A DNA stretch of 64,000 nt from Planctomycetota bacterium. Lineage in GTDB: Bacteria; Planctomycetota; GCA-002687715; CAIWVZ01. Below, piece after piece: positions 43,619 through 53,256 of this stretch (its first letter is position 1; every line of letters starts with the position of its first letter). The stretch is taken from contig JBGANV010000005.1 of assembly GCA_044222185.1 (NCBI GenBank), positions 224,001-288,000 of the forward strand. Direction: 5' to 3'. The notes under the pieces are model-generated. The model was not told where the DNA came from and searched no databases. It worked only from the letters and a program-made list of their open reading frames with translations. Both the position numbers and the translations under genes were made by a program.

Positions 43619-44224
43619 CTAACGGTCGGACACATCCAAGACCTCGTCGATCTCCAAAATCGCCGGCGGCGCCGGCACGTCGACGTCGCGCACGATGGAC
43701 GGGAATCCCGGAAAGTCGAGGCTCACGCGACAGGGCCCTACGGGCGCCGCGAAAGAGGTCCCATTCGCGACCACGAAAGGCCGCCACCCACGGGATTCGC
43801 CGACGGGAGCAAGACTCACGCGGACACGACCGACCGGAAGGCCGAGCGGACACTTGCCGCGCACGGTGATCTGACCGAGCGTGGATGCACAACGCAACTC
43901 GACGCGGACCGGCGCGCCGTCGACGGTGACGAGGGTTCGCATGAGCGGTACCACCGACCCGTCCGGCCGCGAACAAAGCGGTTCGAGGCGATACTCTCCC
44001 CGCGACAACGAACCGATCGCGCGGCCCGTCGCGCCGAGCGAGAGGATCACGCCCCCGATCCCCAGATCCATCACGAGCGCCTTCTCCTCCACCGTCATCC
44101 GCGCGAGGAGCGCGTCGGCGGGCTGTTGGGCGACCGCGACCCGAGCGAGCGACGTCAGGATCAGGCCGAGGCAGAAGGTGATGCGCAGCCGGTGTGGAGT
44201 GAACCCGCCCGCGGTCCACACCAC
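43619..44224 (-). CDS. Chimeric ORF or pseudogene: signal peptide + deleted copy of the GH3 5' end + paralog of the C-terminal domain of the upstream gene
   Basis: QQPADALLARMTVEEKALVMDLGIGGVILSLGATG matches the GH3 N-terminus. The remainder aligns with the last ~130 aa of 44294-46129. Confidence 0.55.
   Translation of the reverse strand: MVWTAGGFTPHRLRITFCLGLILTSLARVAVAQQPADALLARMTVEEKALVMDLGIGGVILSLGATGRAIGSLSRGEYRLEPLCSRPDGSVVPLMRTLVTVDGAPVRVELRCASTLGQITVRGKCPLGLPVGRVRVSLAPVGESRGWRPFVVANGTSFAAPVGPCRVSLDFPGFPSIVRDVDVPAPPAILEIDEVLDVSDR
44025..44132. repeat. Near-identical spliced copy of parts of 42572-42892
   Basis: Matches 42572-42586 + 42721-42772 + 42838-42892 with about 3 substitutions, joined at the 7-bp microhomologies GCCGAGC and CGCCTTC. 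Confidence 0.88.
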
Positions 44225-44293
44225 TGCGCGGCGCGCCGGCGCAGGTGCGGGGCTCGATCGGCGACGCCAACATGCCCGTGGCTGGCCAACGAA

Positions 44294-46129
44294 TCATGGG
44301 ACGTCGAGATCCAGGGCCAGGTCCACGGTGCAGATCGCCGGCGGCGGAGGTATGACGACCCTGCGCTCGAAGGTGCCGAAACCGGGGATGTGCACGCCGA
44401 CGGCGCATTGCCCCTCAGGCGCGGCGAACGACGACCCGTTCTGCAACGCGAAATCCGGCCGCGGAAGGTCGTCGACCAGGGAGCGGAACATCACGCGCAC
44501 GACGCCAACGGCGAAACCGAACGGCGGTTGCGCGCGGACCATGACGTGCCCGAGCGCAAATCGGGGGCGGATCTCGATACGCGCAAGACCGCCATCGACC
44601 TTGACCAGGCAGAGCACGGCTTGCTGGATCGGCGGCCCCGCGTTGGCGCCAGCCGGACTCACCATGTACTCGCCTGCAGGAAGCCACAGCGTCCCTCTTC
44701 CGTTCGCGTCGAGGGTGACGTTCGCGAACGTGTGCGTCGGGCTTGCGAGTTGGTCTTCCATCATCCGCACCGGGTCACGATCTGCGTTCTCGGTGGGCAG
44801 CACCCGCAACGAAAGCGCCCCGTTCGACGCAGGAAGGAACTCCCGGTCGACGACGACCTCGACGGGCCAGCGCCGTGGGTCCCCAGGCGCATCCTCGAGG
44901 TCCACCGTCGTCACGGGGGGTGGGCTCCCCGCGGTGACGGGAGCGACGCGGACGGTCGCCGACTTGTCGCGAAACCCCAGGACTCCGAACGTCGTCGTGA
45001 TCCGCGGTTCCTTGGGACGGGTCTCCGTCATCAGCCACGGCCGATCCAAGTCGACGGCAAAATAGAGAACGTCGACGGTCCCGACGTCCGCGACGACGAT
45101 CTGCGCGGGGTACCTCGCTGGATCCAACGCCACCGATCGTGAGATCGGGACGAGCCCTCCCGCTTCGGCGGTGCCACCGACCCTCCGGTCGAGCCGTGCC
45201 TCGGAGATGGGGTACCGGGTGCCCGTCCGCGCGCTCTGCAAGACGACGGCTGCGGACCACACACGCACTGCCGTCAGACCTTTGACCATTTCTGAGCTGC
45301 CGGCGGTCACGGTGACAGGCGATGGAGACGGCAAGATGCGGAACCCGTGGACCAGGGGCTCCGCGTCGAGCACGTACCTGCCCGCGGAGATTCCTTGCGC
45401 ACTCCACTCGCCTCGAGCGTTGGTGGTGCCGCGCCTGGCGCGAAGCAGATCGGCAAGGAACGGCGTGCCGTAGCCTGGTCCGGCCGATGGGTCCTGCGTC
45501 GCCGGAAATGCGGGGCCGGAACGGCGGAGCGTCACGCTCACGTCCCCCACGGGAGCCCCGTCTTCGCCCTTCACCAGCACGGTAATCCGCCCGACGCCGC
45601 GCAGCGCCAGGTTCACGCACAAGAGTTCGTCGTCGGACACCACCTCCATGCGCGCGAAGGCGTCGCCGTGGTCCGGATGGCTTGCGAACGCATAAATGCG
45701 GTCCGCCGACGGAGGGACGTGCTCCAGGCTGATGACAGCCATCCCATCCGGCCCCGTGAACAGGCTCGCCGTGCGAACGACGGATCCGGCCTCGAGAACG
45801 TCGGCTTCGACCCGTGCACGTTCGACCGGCGTCCCGCGCGCGCTGACCTCGACCCGGATCGTCAGGATCCGCCCCGCAGTCGTTCCAAATGGAGCAGGCA
45901 CGAGGCCGTCGGGCGGTGCATTCGCGGGACGCGACTCGGCGGATGCGGGATCCCCTGCGGACGCGGGAAGCGCCGCCCGATCCGATGTCACAGCGTTCTC
46001 CGTCGGACCGTCGGCGACTGAGGTGGTGTGTCCGTCCTCCAACGCCCGGATCACCAGCCAGACGAGCACGACGAGCAGGATGGTGGCGGCATATGGGACG
46101 CCACGGGCTTCCTTACCGTGACCACGCAT
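44294..46129 (-). CDS. Membrane-anchored protein with carboxypeptidase-regulatory-like (prealbumin-fold) beta-sandwich domains
   Basis: N-terminal TM and low-complexity linker, then repeated GTPVERARV..TGPDG / GAPVGDVSV..TNARG..GISAGRY / DANGRG..LPAGEY motifs. Confidence 0.65.
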   Translation of the reverse strand: MRGHGKEARGVPYAATILLVVLVWLVIRALEDGHTTSVADGPTENAVTSDRAALPASAGDPASAESRPANAPPDGLVPAPFGTTAGRILTIRVEVSARGTPVERARVEADVLEAGSVVRTASLFTGPDGMAVISLEHVPPSADRIYAFASHPDHGDAFARMEVVSDDELLCVNLALRGVGRITVLVKGEDGAPVGDVSVTLRRSGPAFPATQDPSAGPGYGTPFLADLLRARRGTTNARGEWSAQGISAGRYVLDAEPLVHGFRILPSPSPVTVTAGSSEMVKGLTAVRVWSAAVVLQSARTGTRYPISEARLDRRVGGTAEAGGLVPISRSVALDPARYPAQIVVADVGTVDVLYFAVDLDRPWLMTETRPKEPRITTTFGVLGFRDKSATVRVAPVTAGSPPPVTTVDLEDAPGDPRRWPVEVVVDREFLPASNGALSLRVLPTENADRDPVRMMEDQLASPTHTFANVTLDANGRGTLWLPAGEYMVSPAGANAGPPIQQAVLCLVKVDGGLARIEIRPRFALGHVMVRAQPPFGFAVGVVRVMFRSLVDDLPRPDFALQNGSSFAAPEGQCAVGVHIPGFGTFERRVVIPPPPAICTVDLALDLDVP

Positions 46130-46462
46130 CGCCAGCCCCCATGCAGTTGCCCGCCGCTACGACACCCGATCCCGCATGACGCATGCGGTTCCTCGCAGGG
46201 CCCGATCATCCCCCCAAACCCGCCTCCGCGCCAACCGTTGGGCAGATCTTTGCTTGCGCATGCGACGCGGAGCTGCCACACTCGCCGGTCGGGTTTTCCC
46301 TGGTCGATCATTTCCATGCGCCCACGCGGCGCGGATGCGACCACGGTTTCGGGATCCTTTCCGGTCGAACGTCGACCGCATTGCCGCCTGCCGCAGGTGG
46401 CTCGCCCTCCCCGGCTTTTCGCGCATGTCCCCGCGGCGGGACGGCGCACCGAGGCTCATCCG

Positions 46463-48055
46463 TTGACCCAATCGTCATTCGAGACGTTTTCCGATCTCAA
46501 ACTCCATCCATCGATCCTGCGCGGCGTCACTGACGCCGGCTACTCCGAACCCACTCCCATCCAGAAGGCGGCGATCCCGCCCGGACTCGACGGCCGCGAC
46601 GTCATCGCCTGCGCCACGACCGGCAGCGGCAAGACGGCCGCGTTCCTCCTCCCCATCCTCGATCAACTCATCGACGAGAAGCGCGGCAAGACGCGCGCGT
46701 TGATCGTCACGCCCACGCGCGAGCTGTGCGCGCAGATCCAGGAGCAGGCCATCATCCTCGGACGCCACACGGGCATCGAGAGCGTGGCCGTGTACGGCGG
46801 CGTCGGCATGGGCCCGCAAGAGCGCGCGCTGCGCAAGAAGGTCGACATCGTCGTCGCCACTCCGGGACGCCTCCTCGACCACGTCGAACGCGGGACCGCG
46901 CGCTTCGACGACCTGGAAATCCTCGTGCTGGACGAAGCCGACCGCATGCTGGACATGGGCTTCCTCCCGGACGTGAAGCGGATCCTCCGCCTCCTGCCGC
47001 GGGATCGCCAGACGTTGTTCTTCTCCGCGACCATGCCGCCGCCGATCGCGGCGCTGACCCGCGAGATGCTGAAGGACCCGGTGAGCATCGACGTGGCGCG
47101 TCGGGCCGAACCGGCCCAGAGCGTCACGCAGTCCGTCTACGCGATCCGCGGCGACCAGAAGACGTCGCTGCTGCTCAAACTGCTCGCCGAGCCGGGCCTC
47201 GAGCGCGTCCTCGTGTTCACGCGCACGAAGCGCCGCGCGAACCGCGTGGCCGAGCAGCTCGTGGACGCCCGCGTCGGCGCAGCCCGAATCCACGGCAACC
47301 GCAGCCAGTCCCAGCGCGAACTGGCACTCGACGGCTTCAAGTCGGGCAAGGTGCGCGTCCTCGTGGCGACGGACATCGCGTCGCGCGGCATCGACGTCAC
47401 GAACGTGACGCACGTCATCAACTACGACGTGCCGTACGTGCCGGAGGATTACATCCACCGCGTCGGTCGCACGGGCCGGGCGAGCGCGCTCGGCGATGCG
47501 ATCACCATGGTCTCGCCCGAGGAGGAATCCGTCTTCCGGCAGATCGAGAAGGCCATCGGCAAGAAGTTGCCTCGGCAGCGTCACGAAGGGATGAAGGCGG
47601 AAGCCGGTCATCACACCCGCGGCCCGATCAACCGAGACCCGGAGGATCGCGAGGACGACGAGCGCCGGGCGCCGACGACCGCGCCGCGCCACGGGCACGC
47701 CCCGGCTGCGCACGGTCCACGCCGGACGCCCGGCCATCACGGCCCGGCCCAGCACGGCGGAACGCCGCGGCACCACGGACACGGCGCCGGCCACGGACGG
47801 CCCGCCGCAGCCCACGGCGGCGAGCGCCGCCACGCCGCGTCCCATGACGGCCGAGGCGCCCATTCGAGTCACCGCACCGAGCGATCGAGCGGCGCCTCCC
47901 ATGGGAGCCATCACGCCTCCACGCCCCATCGCGGGCCGGCCTCGAGCACGCGCACGCATGGATCGAGCCACGCGCCTCGCGGCTCGGGCCGCCCGTCGCA
48001 CGGCAAGTCGCACGGACGGAATTCGTCGTCCGGCCGCAACCACGGTTCGCGCTGA
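46463..48055 (+). CDS. DEAD-box RNA helicase (RhlE-like) with a His/Gly/Arg-rich C-terminal tail
   Basis: Q motif PTPIQ, TGSGKT, PTREL, TPGRL, DEAD, SAT, SRGID and HRVGRTGR. TTG start after GAGG. Confidence 0.95.
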   Translation: MTQSSFETFSDLKLHPSILRGVTDAGYSEPTPIQKAAIPPGLDGRDVIACATTGSGKTAAFLLPILDQLIDEKRGKTRALIVTPTRELCAQIQEQAIILGRHTGIESVAVYGGVGMGPQERALRKKVDIVVATPGRLLDHVERGTARFDDLEILVLDEADRMLDMGFLPDVKRILRLLPRDRQTLFFSATMPPPIAALTREMLKDPVSIDVARRAEPAQSVTQSVYAIRGDQKTSLLLKLLAEPGLERVLVFTRTKRRANRVAEQLVDARVGAARIHGNRSQSQRELALDGFKSGKVRVLVATDIASRGIDVTNVTHVINYDVPYVPEDYIHRVGRTGRASALGDAITMVSPEEESVFRQIEKAIGKKLPRQRHEGMKAEAGHHTRGPINRDPEDREDDERRAPTTAPRHGHAPAAHGPRRTPGHHGPAQHGGTPRHHGHGAGHGRPAAAHGGERRHAASHDGRGAHSSHRTERSSGASHGSHHASTPHRGPASSTRTHGSSHAPRGSGRPSHGKSHGRNSSSGRNHGSR

Positions 48056-48218
48056 TTCCCACCCATCGGCTGCCGTGGATCGGGCGACGTCCTGTCGCCC
48101 GATCGCGGCACGTGCGGTGCCCGCACTCGCCCGAACGAGCCGCGCTTGGCCGCGCCGTCGCGCCGAATGAATGCCGAATCCTCGGGCGCGCGACGAAGCG
48201 CCGTCTACAATCCGCCCC

Positions 48219-48929
48219 ATGATCGACTGGTCCACCGTGAAGGCGCTTTCGTTCGACTGCTACGGCACGCTCGTGGACTGGGAGGCCGGCATCCTGCGCG
48301 ACGTGAAGGCGAACTTCGTCACTCGGACGGGAAAGCCGGCGAGCGTCCTTCACGACGACGACCAGATCCTCCGCTTCTTCGCCCAGGGCGAGCCGGCGGC
48401 CCAGGCAGGGCCCTACAAGGGCTATCGCGAGGTCCTGAAGACGACGGCGCTGCGGATCAGCGACGCCGGCCATCTGAAGCTCGCCGAGCCGGAGGTGTTC
48501 GCCCACGGCATCGCCACGTGGCCCGTCTTTCCCGACACGCAAGAGGGCCTGCGTCGGCTGAAGGACCGCTTCAAGCTCGCCGTCGTCACGAACGCCGACC
48601 GCGACATCTTCTCGGGCACTGAACCCCAGCTTGGCGTGACCTTCGACGTCGTCGTCACCTCGGACGTCGTTCATTCCTACAAGCCGGCACGCAAGCACTT
48701 CGAAGAGACGATCGCCCGACTGGGTGGGGACCCCGCGTCCATCGTCCACGTCGCATCGAGCTTGTTCCACGACATCGAGCCGGCGATGGCCATGGGACTC
48801 CGCACGGCCCGGATCGACCGCCGGGGCGGCCGGAGCGGCGGGGCGACCCAGAGACCGACGACGCCCACGACGGCCAATCTCACCGTGAAATCGCTGGCCG
48901 AGCTCGTCACCGCCATCGGCCCGCTCTGA
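48219..48929 (+). CDS. HAD-superfamily hydrolase (haloacid dehalogenase type II-like)
   Basis: FDCYGTLVDWE, VTN, YKP and HVASSLFHDI. Confidence 0.9.
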   Translation: MIDWSTVKALSFDCYGTLVDWEAGILRDVKANFVTRTGKPASVLHDDDQILRFFAQGEPAAQAGPYKGYREVLKTTALRISDAGHLKLAEPEVFAHGIATWPVFPDTQEGLRRLKDRFKLAVVTNADRDIFSGTEPQLGVTFDVVVTSDVVHSYKPARKHFEETIARLGGDPASIVHVASSLFHDIEPAMAMGLRTARIDRRGGRSGGATQRPTTPTTANLTVKSLAELVTAIGPL

Positions 48930-49037
48930 TCGTCCCGGCGCACCCCCCTGTCCGCCGGTTGAACGGAGGGAGTCTTTCCCTATCGTCCGCGTTATCTCCG
49001 GTGCCACCCACCGGAGACTGAAGCGGAGGATTTGCGC

Positions 49038-50030
49038 GTGACTGGATTCTCGATCAAAGAGATCAACGAGAAGGTCCGAGCCGAGAGCGGTTTCGTCGAC
49101 CGACTGAAGTCCCAGATGCGGCGCGTGATCGTCGGGCAGGACTACGTCATCGAGCGCCTGATGCTCGGGCTCCTGTCGAACGGCCACGTGTTGCTGGAGG
49201 GCGTCCCCGGCCTCGCCAAGACCCTCACGGTCAGCACCCTCGCCCGCTGCCTCGGTGCCAAGTTCCAGCGGATCCAGTTCACGCCGGACCTCCTCCCCGC
49301 GGACATCGTCGGCACGCTGATCTACAGCCCGAAGGACGGAGCCTTCACCGTCCGCCGCGGGCCGATCTTCGCCAACATCATCCTGGCGGACGAGATCAAC
49401 CGCGCCCCGGCCAAGGTGCAGAGCGCGCTCCTCGAGGCCATGCAGGAGAAGCAGGTCACGATCGGCGACGAGACGCACAAGCTGCCGCAGCCGTTCCTCG
49501 TGCTCGCGACACAGAACCCCGTCGAGCAGGAGGGAACCTATCCCCTGCCGGAAGCGCAGGTCGACCGCTTCATGCTGAAGATCAAGGTCGGCTACCCGCA
49601 GAAGAGCGAGGAGCGCGAGATCCTCGAACGCATGGCGACGACCCAGCCCGACACGCAGGTCGAGAAGGTCCTCGACATCCAGGAGATCCTCTCCGCCCGC
49701 AAGGTGGTCGACGAGATCTACGTCGACGACAAGATCAAGAACTACATCGTCGACCTCGTGTTCGCGACGCGCAAGCCGGCGGACTACAAGCTCGACATCG
49801 GCCCGCTGATCGAATACGGAGCCTCGCCGCGCGCGACCATCTATCTGGCGCTCGCCGCGCGAGCCCACGCGTTCCTCCAGGGTCGCGGCTACGTCTCGCC
49901 CCAGGACGTGAAGGACGTCGCCATGGACGTCCTCCGCCACCGCGTCATCGTCTCGTACGAAGCGGAGGCGGAAGACAAGACGTCCGAAGACGTCATCAAG
50001 ACCGTCATCGACCACGTCGAAGTCCCATGA
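49038..50030 (+). CDS. moxR: MoxR family AAA+ ATPase
   Basis: LLEGVPGLAKT, RIQFTPDLLPAD, LADEINRA, ATQNPVEQEGTYPLPEAQVDRF and GASPRA. GGAGG 8 nt before the GTG. Confidence 0.96.
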   Translation: MTGFSIKEINEKVRAESGFVDRLKSQMRRVIVGQDYVIERLMLGLLSNGHVLLEGVPGLAKTLTVSTLARCLGAKFQRIQFTPDLLPADIVGTLIYSPKDGAFTVRRGPIFANIILADEINRAPAKVQSALLEAMQEKQVTIGDETHKLPQPFLVLATQNPVEQEGTYPLPEAQVDRFMLKIKVGYPQKSEEREILERMATTQPDTQVEKVLDIQEILSARKVVDEIYVDDKIKNYIVDLVFATRKPADYKLDIGPLIEYGASPRATIYLALAARAHAFLQGRGYVSPQDVKDVAMDVLRHRVIVSYEAEAEDKTSEDVIKTVIDHVEVP

Positions 50031-50905
50031 TTCCGCGGGAGATCCTCCGCAAGGTCAAGCGGATCCAGATCCTCACCTCGCGCAAGGTCACGGACCTGAT
50101 GGCGGGCCAGTACTCGTCCGTCTTCAAGGGCAAGGGGATGGAGTTCAAGGAGGTCCGCCACTACCAGCCGGGCGACGAGATCCGCCGCATCGACTGGAAC
50201 GTGACGGCCCGCACGGGCGTCCCTCACGTGAAGGAACACGTGGAGGAGCGCGAACTCACCGTGATGCTCCTCGTGGACGCGTCGTTGTCGCTCGACTTCG
50301 GCTCGGTGACGAAGACGAAGATGGAGATCGCCGCCGAGTTCGCCGCCGTCATCGCGCTCTCGGCGATCACGAACAACGACAAGGTGGGCCTCATCGTCTT
50401 CACCGACGAGGTCGAACTCCTCGTTCCGCCCAAGAAGGGCAAGCGACACGTCCTGCGCGTCATCCGCGAGATCCTCGCGTTCAAACCCCGACGTCGCGGC
50501 ACGAACATCGCGCGCGCACTCGAGTACCTGAACAAGGTGACGACGCGGCGATCGATCGCGTTCCTCGTGTCCGACTTCTTCGGCGCCGGGTTCGAGCAGG
50601 CCCTTTCCATCGCGAACAAGCGCCACGACCTCGTGGCCGTCGCCGTCTCCGACCCGGTCGAGAAGGCGCTGGCGGAGTTCCCCGCCATCGCCACGTTCGT
50701 CGACGCGGAGACGGGCCGCTACCTGGAAGTCGACGGGCGCTCCGCGCGCATCCTCGACGGTTATGGCCGCACGACGGCCCGAACCCGGGCAGCGCGACAA
50801 GACGCGTTCCGGTCGCGCGGCGTCGACACCATCGAGGTGACGACCAACGGCGATCCCGTCGAGCCACTCTTCCGGTATTTCCGCGAGCGCGAGAGGAGGA
50901 TGTGA
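50027..50905 (+). CDS. DUF58 domain protein
   Basis: SVFKGKGMEFKEVRHYQPGDEIRRIDWNVTAR, EERE, LVDAS.S and SDF. Confidence 0.94.
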   Translation: MIPREILRKVKRIQILTSRKVTDLMAGQYSSVFKGKGMEFKEVRHYQPGDEIRRIDWNVTARTGVPHVKEHVEERELTVMLLVDASLSLDFGSVTKTKMEIAAEFAAVIALSAITNNDKVGLIVFTDEVELLVPPKKGKRHVLRVIREILAFKPRRRGTNIARALEYLNKVTTRRSIAFLVSDFFGAGFEQALSIANKRHDLVAVAVSDPVEKALAEFPAIATFVDAETGRYLEVDGRSARILDGYGRTTARTRAARQDAFRSRGVDTIEVTTNGDPVEPLFRYFRERERRM

Positions 50906-52215
50906 TGACGACCGATCGGCGAACCGGGTCGGCAGCCGTGATCGTGTTGCTGATCATCCTGCTGCTGCTCGCCGCAGGAACTCTCGGCGTCGTGCTCGTC
51001 GGCGTTCCGGCGGGCGGCCCGTCCGTCACGGCGGCGAGGACGTGGAACGTGGAACGCCAGCGCGAGTGGGCCGGCAAGCTGCTCGCGCGGGGGCTCCAGG
51101 ACGAAGCCGTCGGCGTCTACGAGTCGATCATCGCTTCCGGCGAGATCCCCGACGTGACGCTCGCGTCCATCTCGCTCTCGATCGGAAAGATCCACGCCGA
51201 TCGCCAGCGCTACGAGAAGGCCGTGGCGGCGCTCGACCGCGCCGCTCTCCTCACGACGTCCGACGAGCAGAAGGGCGAGATCAACCGACTTCTCGTCACG
51301 TGCCTCGAACGCCTCGGGCGATCGGCCGATGCGGCGTTCGAGCTGAAGAAGGCCGCAGCTCCGGGGACGTCGAAGGTGGAGGGCTCGGACGGCGGCGAGA
51401 CGCTCGCCGAGGCGGGTGACGTCAAGGTGACCCGCCGCGACCTGGAAGAGGCGCTGAAGCGGCTGCCCGCGAACGCAGCGTCGCAGTTCCAATCGCGCGA
51501 CGGACGCCGAGAGCTCGTCCAGAGCCTGCTGGCGAGCCGCGTCCTCTATTCCAAGGCGCGGAACCTCGGGCTCGACAAGAACCAGGAGGTCCGCGCTTCC
51601 GTGGAGGACGCCGAGAAGCAGATCGTCGTCTCCCGCTATCTGCATGACGAGGTCACCGCGAAGGTGAAGGTCGACGCCAAAGACGTGGAGACCTACTTCC
51701 AGGCGAACAAGAAGCGATACGACGAGCCTGCCCGGCTGAAGCTCGCGCACGTCGCCGTGAAGGACGCTGCGCGGGCCGACGAGCTGCGCGCGGCGATCGC
51801 CGCCGGGACGATGACGTTCGAGGACGCCGCGACGAAGGAATCCCAGGACGCCGAAACGGCCAAGACCGGCGGCGTCATCGCACAGGAGATCGTCGAGGGC
51901 GGGTACCACCCGACGTTCCCGACGGTCGCCGACGTTTTCACCGCCGTGGGTGACGCGCCCGCGGGATCGCTCGCCGCCGGCGTCGTCCGAGCTGGTGGGT
52001 ATCACCACGTCCTCAAAGTCGTTGCGCGGACGCCCGGGCGCGAACACACGTTCACCGAGATGCGGGAGCGAGTCACTCGCGACTACAAGCACGAGAAGGA
52101 GCAGAGCGGGCTCGAGGAACTGGTCGACTCGACCCTGAAGGCCGCCGGAGCCAGGATCCACGAGGATCGACTCGGGGGTGATGCGCCGGCGCCCACGACC
52201 CGTCCGGAGAAGTGA
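50902..52215 (+). CDS. Membrane-anchored TPR + PpiC/parvulin-type peptidyl-prolyl isomerase (PrsA/SurA-like foldase)
   Basis: N-terminal TM and TPR-like helices, a SurA/PrsA-like N-domain (LYSKARNLGLDK), then LAHV..FEDAATKESQD..AKTGG..GYHHVLKV. Confidence 0.78.
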   Translation: MMTTDRRTGSAAVIVLLIILLLLAAGTLGVVLVGVPAGGPSVTAARTWNVERQREWAGKLLARGLQDEAVGVYESIIASGEIPDVTLASISLSIGKIHADRQRYEKAVAALDRAALLTTSDEQKGEINRLLVTCLERLGRSADAAFELKKAAAPGTSKVEGSDGGETLAEAGDVKVTRRDLEEALKRLPANAASQFQSRDGRRELVQSLLASRVLYSKARNLGLDKNQEVRASVEDAEKQIVVSRYLHDEVTAKVKVDAKDVETYFQANKKRYDEPARLKLAHVAVKDAARADELRAAIAAGTMTFEDAATKESQDAETAKTGGVIAQEIVEGGYHPTFPTVADVFTAVGDAPAGSLAAGVVRAGGYHHVLKVVARTPGREHTFTEMRERVTRDYKHEKEQSGLEELVDSTLKAAGARIHEDRLGGDAPAPTTRPEK

Positions 52216-52221
52216 TCAACC

Positions 52222-53256
52222 GTGAGTCCCACAGGTCCTCATCCCGAATGGCGTCACCGAGCGTCGATCCTTCTGATCGCCGTCGCGTTCGCGTTCGGCG
52301 CGTGCGGCAGCAAGCCAGCGCCCGACGCGACGCCAGCGGCCGCCAGGAGTGAGGACATCCGTCCGATCACGGCGACCGCAACCGTCGACCGCGCGAAGAT
52401 CGACGTGGGCGACACCGTGAAGTACACGTTGACGGTCCGCGCGAAGAAGGGCTTCGTGCCCGACCTGCCGACGACGCTCGACAACATTCCCGTCTTCCTC
52501 GACCTCACGTCGTGGCAGAAGTCGACGCGCGAGGACGGCCTCACCGAAGCGTCACGAACGGCGACGGTCGACCCGGGCATCGGCCCGTACTTCGTCGTTC
52601 CCTCGCTCACCGTCACGTTCACGGACCCGGACGGCAAGAAGGGCGAAGTCCACGCGGACGAGGTCACCGTCGAGGTGAAGAGCCGCCTCGCCGCGGGGGA
52701 AGCCATTCCCGACATCAAGGAGCGGGTGGACGTGATCGTTCCGGCGGTACCGCCCAAGCCCGCGTCGAGGACGTGGCTGTGGATCGCGTGCGGCGCCGCC
52801 GCGCTGATGGCCGGGGCTGGCGTGACGACGTGGCTGATGCTGCGGAATCGCCGTGCTGCGCGCGTCGTCCTGCGACCGCCGTGGGAGATGGCGCTCGAGT
52901 CCATCACCAGGCTCCGCGCCGAGGGTCTCGTCGCCCAGGGCCGCGTCGAGGACTTCTACGTGAAGCTGTCGGGCATCGTCCGCACCTACATCGAGGGACG
53001 TTTCAACCTGATGGCGCCCGAGATGACGACGGAGGAGTTCCTCGCGACCGCGAAGGACGTGTCCGCGTTGCAGCCAGGCCACCAGCGATTGCTGCGTGAG
53101 TTCCTGACCGAATCCGACCTCGTGAAGTTCGCGCGCTACTCCCCTGGCGAAGACGAAGCGGGCAGTGCGGCGCGCGCCGCCGAGACGTTCGTGCGAGAGA
53201 CGACGCCCGTCAGTGCCGTGAGCGCTGGGACGCCGGCCGCGGGAGCGCATCGATGA
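52222..53256 (+). CDS. Bat-operon accessory lipoprotein/membrane protein
   Basis: Lipobox-like FGAC, VDRAKIDVGD Ig-like start, TM, then FY.KLSGIVRTYIEGRF..APEMTTEEF and SDLVKFARY. Confidence 0.8.
   Translation: MSPTGPHPEWRHRASILLIAVAFAFGACGSKPAPDATPAAARSEDIRPITATATVDRAKIDVGDTVKYTLTVRAKKGFVPDLPTTLDNIPVFLDLTSWQKSTREDGLTEASRTATVDPGIGPYFVVPSLTVTFTDPDGKKGEVHADEVTVEVKSRLAAGEAIPDIKERVDVIVPAVPPKPASRTWLWIACGAAALMAGAGVTTWLMLRNRRAARVVLRPPWEMALESITRLRAEGLVAQGRVEDFYVKLSGIVRTYIEGRFNLMAPEMTTEEFLATAKDVSALQPGHQRLLREFLTESDLVKFARYSPGEDEAGSAARAAETFVRETTPVSAVSAGTPAAGAHR

Noticed and set aside
46238-46254. Sigma54-like TTGGGCAGATCTTTGCT upstream of the helicase
   Set aside because: Spacing is right, but the -24 element deviates from TGGCAC and nothing else supports it.
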